A stretch of 64,000 bases of DNA from Tubulanus polymorphus. Taxonomy: Eukaryota > Animalia > Nemertea. Below, in pieces: positions 25,777-35,444 of the stretch (the first letter of the stretch is position 1; each line of letters starts with the position of its first letter). The DNA lies in NCBI RefSeq assembly GCF_964204645.1, contig NC_134027.1, positions 18,810,560 to 18,874,559 of the forward strand. Reading direction: 5' to 3'. The position numbers and the translations under genes were made by a program. The notes below the pieces were generated by a model, which was not told the DNA's origin, made no database searches, and was given only the letters and a program-made list of their open reading frames with translations.

Positions 25777-26920
25777 GCAAAGGCCCTGTCCTCAGGGACT
25801 AGAATTGGATAATACAAATACAAGTCAAATGTTAAGTAAAAAATGACATAAGGTCATCATGATATGAGACAGGAAAAAAATTTCCATTCATCGATACAAC
25901 TACAACACCATTATGTAAAACATTAACATCCGATAATAATGGTTGCTTGGATACAGAGTCATAAATCTTGACTAATGGCCCTTAAGAGTAGCAAAGCATC
26001 ATACCGGCGCGCAACGGCAGATACAGCATACGCCATGGATTACAAGCGACCAACACAACCGTACAAACGGTAAGTAATTATTTTCTTATACATTATACTT
26101 ATATGTTTAAAATGAACAATATCTATAAGAATATAAGATGAAATCCACAATCCATGTGCATAATATATAATAGTAGGTATCATTATACGAAAATAGGTGA
26201 ACACAGCACACTATACCAAGACATTAAACACATCACAAAGAATGTTTGTTTGTTTTTTTTTTTTAACACATATACGTTATACACCTACATCATTATATAT
26301 CGTAAATACCAATAACCATACATGATTATAAGAGACACTATCAATTAGATATCTAATACAAGCCATTAAATGTAAACATTACAGATATAACTTCATAATC
26401 ACTACCATATCACACGCACATCCTCAAACATCAATTTAATTCCATTACAATAATCACACTACAATTTACGTACATACGTAACTTTTAATCTAAAAGCAGC
26501 CTACATCAGAGTCACGTAAGAGGTTACTAGCACATTACGTGAAGGCCGAACGGGTCATCCGCACCCAGCCTCTCAAAACACTTCTGCACCGCAAGAGCTC
26601 TGATGCTGCCTAAACGCTCGCCTAGATAAATACAATATTCAACATATAATATCATTTCATATTCCACTACAATTTATTCACTCAAGTAAAATACGCAGGC
26701 CTGACCTACACTATTACAAACATACAATCGAAATCGAGTACTCATTGCGCCTCTTCATTATAATATGCCTCTTACTATGACAAATATATTTATTTATCAT
26801 CCTTTATAATCCATTTCATATCATCGTCTAATTATCGAAACAATACATATAGACATTATCGCCTATATCGAAATCATCCCCCCTCCCAAAAATGTACGGA
26901 ATGAACCTCTCTACAACATC

Positions 26921-29632
26921 TTAAGGTCTTGATAACAACGAGGGGTACAGTAAATTGATGCCCCTCTGGGGTACCAATGGATTCGGAACACTCGGTGGCG
27001 AAGGAACCCGCGGGGATATAGCCGGAATGTTTCTATTAGTGGCTGCTTCGTGAGCCGCAATCTCGGCCTCCCAATCAGAATCATTGTTTCTGCGGAGCCT
27101 TCCGAGGCACCGTTCCTTTTTCACGGCCGGATCCCTCAGGAAATCCGCAATGCCTTTGACTGGAATCCTCGCTCCATTAAATTCAATCCAAAAAAACTGG
27201 CAAAAATCCTCCGCTAGGATCCTCCTTACAGAACTAAATTTAAGCCAAGGAATTGTGACCTTCGAAGGCAAATCCATCACCTTCTGGCCATCCACTATAA
27301 CCTCACTGTACATCGAAAATCTAAGTAATAGCGAAAAAGGACCATACAACCCCACTATTTCTGGATCTGGCAACATAAGACAAGAATATTCTATCTCTGT
27401 CGGATGATATGGACAATCGCCCAACGGTATCATAATCGACTCATTAACATTACAGATCTCTAAATAAATAACACAATGTAAATCAGAACGGTCAACACTA
27501 CTCCACGGAGAGCAACATCTCAGGATCGCGCGAATCAACCGAACGATATCCATGATCAAGACCCGTAAGACTAGAAAGGAACCCAAAACAAATATAACTT
27601 CCAACATGGGAATATCTGAAAGGTCAAATCGTTCGGTCACTACTTTAACTAAAACCGTTTCGTTGGCACCCCTATCAAGAGAATCCAGCGTTAGTTCATA
27701 CGATTTATTTGAAACAACGGTAAATGCCTTCGCTAGAGGCATGGCAGATGCCACCGCCATCATCCCCAAAACCTTCCTGGTTTTAATGAAGATAAAAAAA
27801 CACAATAGCATGCTAGCCGAAGACAGAGCGATGGCCACTATATTTAAGACACCTGGTGTATCGGAAATTGTCCATTCGAAGTCTTCGCGAGACTCGTCTG
27901 ACTTAGCGGCCAAAGCATCCGCCTTCGATGCATACATAGCGGTGTCATTCTTAATGTGATATACCATCCGTTTAAAATCCAAAGAAAACTTCTTATCTTT
28001 ATCAACTAGACCGGACCAGTTAGCCATGTTTAACTTAAAATGAGGGAGTTCCGTTTTTATAGGATCTGTAACCGTAGTGCCCCCAAAAATATTATCTAGC
28101 TGTTCCCGGTTATAAATTTGTGATACCACCGGAAGATTCATGCTATAATATTTTACAGGTGCGACATCACCCGCACAAGCCGTAATTCGTGGGCTAAGTT
28201 CAAAAGTATTAGACGTTAATCGGCACTTGCACGGCACTGATAACAAACAAAACAAACAACTTTTAATTGCTTGGACTGGTTTCCCTGGACAGGTTAAATC
28301 CCATGTCGCTGGCTTTCCCGACATCAAGTATAAACTGTCTTTGACCTGCACTGCGCCTTCGAACAACGCAGACGTCGGCTCGTATCTGATATCACACAAT
28401 TGCGATACCAACTTAGGCTCGTCCCTATAAATCGCCAATGCACAACTGGGAATATTTCGCGACTTCATCGACATCGCAGTCGAACAAGATTTCAGATATT
28501 TTCCTGAGCAAGATGAATAGAATTTGGACGAAAGCTCAGTATAAAACTGGCCATCGTCAGTTATACCAAAATAATCAGGTAACCCAGTTAACAACGTACT
28601 GCGAGTCGACGAGGAATTGCAAGGTACAGGAAAAGCCATCACGTTGTATAAGCCGAAGAAGGCGTTGGTCGAGGATAATGGGATATTAATTGTTATATAC
28701 AAATTATTGTCTGTCTTAGTGAATACAATATCTTGGGCCTGATAATAAAACCCTAACTCGTTATGCTGGATGGTGAAACCAACAAATTTGGCCTGTAACT
28801 CCTCTCGCACGTGTTGCAAAACCCTTTTTAAATCTTTTGGGGATACAAACTTCATGGGTAGATAGCCCTCTAAAACAGTCTGAGTTGCCAAAAGCCATTG
28901 TTGTGTGGTACGTGTTAAATCTATCATGGACTGATAGTCAAACATTAATTGTTTGATAACTAGTAAAATTAATCTATTGTAATAATTTTGGTTTTGAAAA
29001 TTAGACGCAACATCTTTCGCCAACTGGTCCATATTTCTAGAGTTATTCTTTACCCCAGCGACGACGTTGGTTATGCGAGCATCCGCAGATGACATGTACG
29101 AAGTCAGGTCGTCTGAAATCGTTTTTATTTGTTTCGTATTTAGCTTAGCCATATTTTCCACGTCAGTGATGTGCTTCGAAAGCTTTGCGAGATCCTCATC
29201 GGTCGCTAAGCCAAAGAGGTTTTTCATGAACTTTCCCATAAACGGGGCTAAAGCTCTCTTCGGGCGTCTCGACTTGGTTATCTCGGCTTTAGTTATAGTT
29301 ACCGGAATGAGATCTTTAATCGTATTAATATCTTTGACTATCTGACCAACCAATTCATTATGGTGATCCCTCATAGATGACATCAAATTGGAACCGACCT
29401 TACACATTTCATCCCCGCCTTTATGAAAATCACAGTCCGGAATTACGGCCTTATATTTCGGCACTTGCAAAAAGGGGACTACAAAGGTGTGCTTCCACGC
29501 ACTCGCACCATTGTCCACCACACCGATTTTTTGAAGTAACACGCCATATCCTGGGCGTATTACGGTGTCGGTCGCTAACGATCCCTGGATAAGAATCATA
29601 ACTAGTGTGGTCCCTGAAAAAGTACAGGACAC
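26921..29632 (-). CDS. env: Envelope glycoprotein, F-type class I fusogen, with long C-terminal extension (903 aa)
   Basis: N-terminal signal-like segment; furin site RRPKR126 then ALAPFMGKFMKNLFGLATDEDL, matching the errantivirus-Env/baculovirus-F pattern R-x2-R-x6-G-x3-K-x3-G-x2-[D/T]-x2-D; heptad region; Cys-rich region; TM at about aa 594-616. Confidence 0.9.
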   Translation of the reverse strand: MSCTFSGTTLVMILIQGSLATDTVIRPGYGVLLQKIGVVDNGASAWKHTFVVPFLQVPKYKAVIPDCDFHKGGDEMCKVGSNLMSSMRDHHNELVGQIVKDINTIKDLIPVTITKAEITKSRRPKRALAPFMGKFMKNLFGLATDEDLAKLSKHITDVENMAKLNTKQIKTISDDLTSYMSSADARITNVVAGVKNNSRNMDQLAKDVASNFQNQNYYNRLILLVIKQLMFDYQSMIDLTRTTQQWLLATQTVLEGYLPMKFVSPKDLKRVLQHVREELQAKFVGFTIQHNELGFYYQAQDIVFTKTDNNLYITINIPLSSTNAFFGLYNVMAFPVPCNSSSTRSTLLTGLPDYFGITDDGQFYTELSSKFYSSCSGKYLKSCSTAMSMKSRNIPSCALAIYRDEPKLVSQLCDIRYEPTSALFEGAVQVKDSLYLMSGKPATWDLTCPGKPVQAIKSCLFCLLSVPCKCRLTSNTFELSPRITACAGDVAPVKYYSMNLPVVSQIYNREQLDNIFGGTTVTDPIKTELPHFKLNMANWSGLVDKDKKFSLDFKRMVYHIKNDTAMYASKADALAAKSDESREDFEWTISDTPGVLNIVAIALSSASMLLCFFIFIKTRKVLGMMAVASAMPLAKAFTVVSNKSYELTLDSLDRGANETVLVKVVTERFDLSDIPMLEVIFVLGSFLVLRVLIMDIVRLIRAILRCCSPWSSVDRSDLHCVIYLEICNVNESIMIPLGDCPYHPTEIEYSCLMLPDPEIVGLYGPFSLLLRFSMYSEVIVDGQKVMDLPSKVTIPWLKFSSVRRILAEDFCQFFWIEFNGARIPVKGIADFLRDPAVKKERCLGRLRRNNDSDWEAEIAAHEAATNRNIPAISPRVPSPPSVPNPLVPQRGINLLYPSLLSRP

Positions 29633-29663
29633 ATGATGAGTACAACGTGCTTAGAAATTGGAA

Positions 29664-32600
29664 CTACTTCCGTCGTTTGTCCTTTCCTTGCTTCCGAAAT
29701 ATCTCCAAGGGCGTTTTATCAATAAAACTATCTTCGAATTCCCATGTGCAATCCTTCATGCCATAACCCTTCCATTTGACTAGAAATTGTTCATTGCCCC
29801 CTTTGTTAAAACGCGATTTCAAGATCTTTTCTACCGTATAGATATCATCTTCATCTTCCAAATTATCCCCGGAATCATCAGAATCGGATTGACCCCTCTC
29901 ATCCGCTTCGGGGTCAGGTAACGATTCGTTCTTATCTGATGGTAAATCGACTGGTCTGTCCCTTGGGTCTACGTATAACTTCATTCGATTACAGTGAACT
30001 ATTTTCGGAATATCATTACTCTTTCTCGTATGAACGAGTTTATAATTCACTGGCGAAGTCTGCTGTAATATCTTATAAGGTCCCAAATAGTGGTGCACGA
30101 ATTTCTTACAATGTCCTTTCGGGACGAAAGGGTTGTAAAGCCAAACTAATTGACCGACTTGAAAATCCGGTTCCTTACTACCCCGATCATAATAGCCTTT
30201 CATACGCGCTTGCGCTTTTTCGATATTCTGTCTAGCTATCTCATGAACGACCTTGATCTTGCTCACAACATTATCATAATATTCTTTATAGGAACCTGTC
30301 AAATCGGGTGTAGTAGAGAGCAAGGTCACATCGATCGGCAAAACTGCCTTCCTGCCATAAATCAATTCAAACGGCGAATATCCAGTGGATTCGCAAATAG
30401 ACGCGTTATGAGCAAACGTGATGCTTGGAAGGAAATCTGGCCAATCTCTATGATGTTTATCCGTATATTGAGACAGACTGTTGCAAATATTTTTGTTGCC
30501 TCGCTCAACTAAACCATCCGCTTGGGGATGATATGCAGACGTTCTGATTTTAGACGCGTTGCATAATTTGCATAATTCGTGTATCAATTTCGCGTTGAAA
30601 TTCGCACCTTGATCTGTTAATAAAGTTTTAAAACACGAATGTACGCAAACTATTTTATCAAATATGACTCGAGCGATTGTGATAGCGTCGATTTCTTTTA
30701 ATGCAAATGTGTGTGTCCATTTGGTTAAATATTCAGTACACACTAATATATACTGGTACCCTTCGTATGATTTCTTCAAGGGCCCTAATATATCCATAGC
30801 TATTCTATCAAACGGTCCACCTACTTTGATGGGAATCAATGGCGCTTTAGCTGATTTTGGAGGTTTCTTCCTCGTAGCACAATCTTCACAACTTTTAACC
30901 CAATAATCTATGTCTTTATACATACTATTCCAAAAGTATCTCTGTCTCGCTTTATGCAAGGTACGTGAAATGCCAAAATGCCCACTCAGTGTATCGTCGT
31001 GTAGCGCATAAAGTATTTCTGATCTTAATGGTTTCGGAATTACTAATTGATGACAGACGTTCGCCCCATTTACCCATAAATGATGCAGAACACCGTTTTC
31101 ATCCAGATAGTAATCTGGACTAGATATAACGATCTTTCTAGCATATTTATCGACCTCTGGTAGTTCTTCCTTTAATAAATAATTAATCATCGGACGCAAA
31201 TCATCATCTTCCATTTGCATCTGTAAAAGTTCCTCTGGTTGTAAGGTTATATTCTCATCTATAGTGCCCTTAGGGTCTACCCCATCTCTTTGAGGTATCT
31301 CCTCATTACCACCATCAGTATCATGTTCCTGAGTATTAGGAATATTTTTAGGAGTCTCTAAAGCATAGAGACCACTAGTTCCTAGTTGTAGGTTCATTCC
31401 GTTCATTCCATTGCGTGTATTATATTTCCCCTGTACATTTTCATTAATCCCTATTTCAGTTTCATTTATCTCTTCTTCATTTTTATTTATCCCCATGGGG
31501 TACAAGGTGTCTGTGTCACGTCCAGCGTTGACCACAGCCTTGCAATCATTTTCATTGGAGCTATTACTCCTTAATATATCCTCAGCGCTTAATTCATTAT
31601 TATTATTAGTTATCATTACGCGTGCGTCATCGCGCGCGTTATAGGCATCAGGAGGCGATTCAAAAGATAAGGAAAAACCCTTATTGTTAATATCAATAAT
31701 ATCATCTACACATCCACACTGAAAATCACAAGTACAAGTTTTACAATCATTTGTTTTTTCATTCATTTTACCACCAATTTCAATTTGAAACGGATATCCA
31801 TCCTCGTTACTACCAATAATTGTTGGGATTGAATATACCGGTCTCGACAAAGCGTCTGCATTTAAATGTTTCTTCCCCGCTCTATGAACAATATCAAAAT
31901 CATACTGAGACAATTTCATTGCCCAGCGAGCTAAACGACCGTTCGGATCTTTCATAGTCATTAGCCATTTCAAGGCACTATGATCCGTAACTACTTCAAA
32001 TTTCTGGCCATACAAATAGGGCTCGTATTTCTTTACACCATAAACTACCGCTAAACATTCTTTCTCACTGACAGTATAGTTTTGTTCGGCTTTATTGAAT
32101 AATCGAGTCCCATAGCATATAACTCGCTCTGGGTCTTTTCCTTGAGAAAGAACGAATCCAACGCTATAATTGCTAGCGTCAGTGTATAATATGAATTTTT
32201 CATTGAAATTTGGATATGCTAAGACTGGAGCTGTAGTCAAAATTTGTTTGCATTTTTCGAATGCCTGTTGACATTCCTCGGTCCAATTAAAAGGTTTACC
32301 CTTCTGAGTTAAAGCCGTGAGAGGTCTGATTATTTCGGAGAAACCCTTCACAAAAGCCCGATAATAGGACACAAGCCCAACAAAACTACGTATCTGTTTA
32401 ACTGTTTTAGGGGCTTTGTAGTTGACAACAGCCGAAATTTTTTCGGGGTCAACCTTAACACCTTCCGGTGTAACAATATGACCTAAGAATTTCAATTCTT
32501 TCTTCCCAAATTCGCATTTTCTAGACTTCAGCCTTAAGCCAGCCTGTCTAAGTCTTTCGAAAATTTGCCTTAAGTTATCCAAATGATTTTGCCAACTGGA

Positions 32601-34211
32601 GCCAAAACATATTATGTCATCTAAATATACAAGACATATATCGTACGTTAGTCTGTGTAAAACCCTTGACATTAATCTAGAAAATACTGCAGGGCTAATA
32701 CTACATCCCATAGGTAGAACAGTATACCGATATAAACCACGCGGTGTTATGAAACTAGTATAATCCCGACTCTGAGGATCAATTTCGATCTGATGAAAAC
32801 CCGAGAAAAGATCTAAACTGCTATAAATAACCGGCTTTTTCTGACCTAACTTACTCAACAATGAATCAATTAATGGAAGTGGATAATGATCTTTACGCAT
32901 TCGAGAATTCAAGGCTCTAAAATCTACAACGAACCGATATGTAGAGTCCTTCTTCTTAACCAGAATACAAGGACTACTCCATTCGGACGATGATTCTTCA
33001 ATCAATTTCATTTCCATCATGTCGTCTAATTGTTTTTCTAATTCCGTTTCTAAAACAGGAGCCAATCGATAGGGTCGTGATTTAATTGGTGGCCCTTCAA
33101 TTTCAATTTTTGGTGTAATTAGATTTGTACGGCCAATTTCTCGAATATTATTAGCAAAAACGTCCCTGAATTCCATGCATAAATTCATTAACTCAATTTT
33201 CTGTACATCAGTTAAATCTGAATCTTCTAAATCGATATCAGGACTACCCGGTAATTCATCAGCGGATAAAAACGGTTTAGCGGTCTGTTTAATTTCCAAA
33301 CCATTCACTGTTACAATTTGATTCGACGAATCTACTTTCGATTCCCCATTATTTCCGCTACATATATCAAAAGCAGGTTTTCCTTTATCACCAAATTGTG
33401 GCAAGAAAAATGCTAATTTTTGATCCGAATGAATAATTATATCATCATCAGTGCAATTCAACACGAGCATCGGTACTGTATTAGCCGTTACTGTGCATAA
33501 TGATTTACCAACCAATAATTGATCATGGTATTTGTGCAATAAACCAGGATATCCCTCTATCATTCCAGTGGTTCCGTCTGGAAGTGATTCACATAATTTA
33601 ACCGGTAGAATAACTTGTGATAATTTTGGAATAGATAAATCAGTCATTACTTTCAATTTTACAGCACCACACATATTATGGATTCCGTTTATAGCAACCG
33701 AAGTCTCACCCTTTATGAAAATTCGTTTGTCTTCAAAACTAATCAAAACTTTATATTTTTCCAGAAAATCTACACCTAAGATAATATCTTGAACCAATCC
33801 TGGAACCACATAGAATTCGTGAGAAAATGGTTTCCCGGAGACCTCGATCGTTAATTCTACAATACCGGCCAAGCGAAATGAATCACCCTTGACAGTGTGC
33901 GCATTTGCATATTTTCCTGGAATTAGCGAAGGCTTTTCATTCAATGAATCATACAGTGATTGGCTAATACAACTAACACACGCGCCAGTATCAACAAGGA
34001 AACTGGTGGAATTACCATGAATCTTTCCAGGAACTGCTAATGCAACAGTTGCTAAAATTGGAATAGAATTAATAGTCTGATCGTTTGTACTGGAAGTAAA
34101 GCCTGGAAATATTTCGTTCTTTATCAGTTTACTCTTACCACAATGAGATGGGGATTTAATTTCTAATGGCTCGGAATCATCCCCTAAAATCCGGGCCTGG
34201 GGTTGTTTCCC
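29664..34211 (-). CDS. pol: Pol polyprotein PR-RT-RNaseH-IN-chromodomain, reached by -1 frameshift
   Basis: Frame is open upstream of the ORF-track start and includes protease FLVDTGA (~33990); RT YLDD; RH TDAS; IN H-H-C-C, DILGP, TDQG, VER, GPY; C-terminal YTVEKIL...FLVKWKGY...TWE. Confidence 0.96.
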   Translation of the reverse strand, partial: GKQPQARILGDDSEPLEIKSPSHCGKSKLIKNEIFPGFTSSTNDQTINSIPILATVALAVPGKIHGNSTSFLVDTGACVSCISQSLYDSLNEKPSLIPGKYANAHTVKGDSFRLAGIVELTIEVSGKPFSHEFYVVPGLVQDIILGVDFLEKYKVLISFEDKRIFIKGETSVAINGIHNMCGAVKLKVMTDLSIPKLSQVILPVKLCESLPDGTTGMIEGYPGLLHKYHDQLLVGKSLCTVTANTVPMLVLNCTDDDIIIHSDQKLAFFLPQFGDKGKPAFDICSGNNGESKVDSSNQIVTVNGLEIKQTAKPFLSADELPGSPDIDLEDSDLTDVQKIELMNLCMEFRDVFANNIREIGRTNLITPKIEIEGPPIKSRPYRLAPVLETELEKQLDDMMEMKLIEESSSEWSSPCILVKKKDSTYRFVVDFRALNSRMRKDHYPLPLIDSLLSKLGQKKPVIYSSLDLFSGFHQIEIDPQSRDYTSFITPRGLYRYTVLPMGCSISPAVFSRLMSRVLHRLTYDICLVYLDDIICFGSSWQNHLDNLRQIFERLRQAGLRLKSRKCEFGKKELKFLGHIVTPEGVKVDPEKISAVVNYKAPKTVKQIRSFVGLVSYYRAFVKGFSEIIRPLTALTQKGKPFNWTEECQQAFEKCKQILTTAPVLAYPNFNEKFILYTDASNYSVGFVLSQGKDPERVICYGTRLFNKAEQNYTVSEKECLAVVYGVKKYEPYLYGQKFEVVTDHSALKWLMTMKDPNGRLARWAMKLSQYDFDIVHRAGKKHLNADALSRPVYSIPTIIGSNEDGYPFQIEIGGKMNEKTNDCKTCTCDFQCGCVDDIIDINNKGFSLSFESPPDAYNARDDARVMITNNNNELSAEDILRSNSSNENDCKAVVNAGRDTDTLYPMGINKNEEEINETEIGINENVQGKYNTRNGMNGMNLQLGTSGLYALETPKNIPNTQEHDTDGGNEEIPQRDGVDPKGTIDENITLQPEELLQMQMEDDDLRPMINYLLKEELPEVDKYARKIVISSPDYYLDENGVLHHLWVNGANVCHQLVIPKPLRSEILYALHDDTLSGHFGISRTLHKARQRYFWNSMYKDIDYWVKSCEDCATRKKPPKSAKAPLIPIKVGGPFDRIAMDILGPLKKSYEGYQYILVCTEYLTKWTHTFALKEIDAITIARVIFDKIVCVHSCFKTLLTDQGANFNAKLIHELCKLCNASKIRTSAYHPQADGLVERGNKNICNSLSQYTDKHHRDWPDFLPSITFAHNASICESTGYSPFELIYGRKAVLPIDVTLLSTTPDLTGSYKEYYDNVVSKIKVVHEIARQNIEKAQARMKGYYDRGSKEPDFQVGQLVWLYNPFVPKGHCKKFVHHYLGPYKILQQTSPVNYKLVHTRKSNDIPKIVHCNRMKLYVDPRDRPVDLPSDKNESLPDPEADERGQSDSDDSGDNLEDEDDIYTVEKILKSRFNKGGNEQFLVKWKGYGMKDCTWEFEDSFIDKTPLEIFRKQGKDKRRK

Positions 34212-35149
34212 GGCCTGAATCTATTAGGATTGTCGTTGGAACGATTACCGAAATTATTGTTAGAATTATTAAACCGTCTATCCGGCCGATAACTACCGTT
34301 CTGCCTAAAACAATTACGTTCGTGATGCCCAACTCGATTGCATCTACCACAAACTACAGATCCGGAAGCAGATCTGAAATTTCGTGGCGGCAGGTTATTA
34401 TCCTGCCTCCGGACCTGTACCTGAAGTCTCGAGACTTCCCGGCTCAAATTCCTGATTTCATCCCTGAGATCCGAAATTTCATTTCGGTTCTCAGTGGATG
34501 ATATGATGCCGGCAATTGGAGGCGGTTTCGCCTGCAGCGCCAACACGGATTCATACAAGCGCGCGTATTGTTCGGCTTCGTCCATAGTTGTTGGTGATCT
34601 AGATACGACAAACGCTCTCAAATTGTCCGCCAAGCCATTGATAAATAGGACCATTAAATCATGATCGTTCTTTTCAAGAGCCGCCGAACGTATTTGGATG
34701 TCTTGAAGATAGACGTCCAACGATTCCCCCGGTAATTGTTTTCTGTTCATTAAACTTTGCTCACGCACCCATTTCATTGATCCAGAATCGAATTTCTTTT
34801 TGAATTCCCTTTCAAAGTTGTCAATATCTGATAAGATACTATTCGCCGTTGTCTTAACGGTTGCGTCTTTTGACTTGCTTGCCTCGACCACGGTCCAATA
34901 CCAAGCCGAAGCAAGTCCATCTAAAAACAGCCCCACTGCTTTAAGTTTCTTTTCGTTGGTCCAGCCCATGAAAGTAGAATATTGGGTGAACCGCCGCCAC
35001 CAAATATTAGCGTCTTCGCTTACCGTACCGGTAAACTGTGGCGGTTGTAGACGAGTCATGCCCATTGGCTTATCGTCAATTTTGGCTGTCATTTCAGCTA
35101 GTCTATCTGCCAATGCGCGGTCCATTCCAGACCTCGTTTCGACCGGCAT
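34184..35149 (-). CDS. gag: Gag (capsid plus one CCHC knuckle), about 321 aa
   Basis: First ATG at 35149 (MPVETRS); PPQFTG capsid start; MHR-like KQLPGESLDVY; CGRCNRVGHHERNC. Confidence 0.93.
   Translation of the reverse strand: MPVETRSGMDRALADRLAEMTAKIDDKPMGMTRLQPPQFTGTVSEDANIWWRRFTQYSTFMGWTNEKKLKAVGLFLDGLASAWYWTVVEASKSKDATVKTTANSILSDIDNFEREFKKKFDSGSMKWVREQSLMNRKQLPGESLDVYLQDIQIRSAALEKNDHDLMVLFINGLADNLRAFVVSRSPTTMDEAEQYARLYESVLALQAKPPPIAGIISSTENRNEISDLRDEIRNLSREVSRLQVQVRRQDNNLPPRNFRSASGSVVCGRCNRVGHHERNCFRQNGSYRPDRRFNNSNNNFGNRSNDNPNRFRPGNNPRPGF
34205..34211 (-). promoter_or_regulatory. -1 ribosomal frameshift slippery site G GGA AAC
   Basis: XXXYYYZ heptamer in the gag frame inside the ~36-nt gag/pol overlap; pol is in the -1 frame; GC stem starts 7 nt downstream. 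Confidence 0.88.
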
Positions 35150-35420
35150 ACACAAATTCAATCAAATAATTTCTAGGTTCTTCAATATTAAGTCAATTAA
35201 ATGTACGATAGACCGAAGGAGACAGCAAAATATTCGGTCTATCCACAGAAAATTGTTCTACGCACACGACGAAATCAAAATTAAATAACAAGTATTGTTC
35301 AATATTTACCAAAATCCATTTTCCGTGCGTTTTCTCGAGTTCCTACTTCCTGTGTTGTTCCAGCGAATTATCTTTGTTTCCGTTGGTTTGTTAAATAGCT
35401 CGATACCTCACTCAAGTAAA

Positions 35421-35442
35421 ATGCCCGCCAGGTTCTCCACCA
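35421..35442 (-). promoter_or_regulatory. Primer-binding site, tRNA-Ala(AGC)-like, bulged
   Basis: Minus strand TGGTGGAGAA-CCTG-GCGGGCAT versus the recalled tRNA-Ala complement TGGTGGAGAA-T-GCGGGCAT; 2 nt after the LTR. Confidence 0.75.
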
Positions 35443-35444
35443 TT

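Noticed and set aside
26596-26606. CTGATG as a hammerhead core in the Gypsy 3' UTR
   Set aside because: Lacks the following A and a suitably placed GAAA on either strand; it is part of a stem.
27084-35288. Plus-strand ORFs overlapping gag, pol and env (e.g. 135 aa, 162 aa)
   Set aside because: Antisense shadows of long ORFs with no recognisable motifs.
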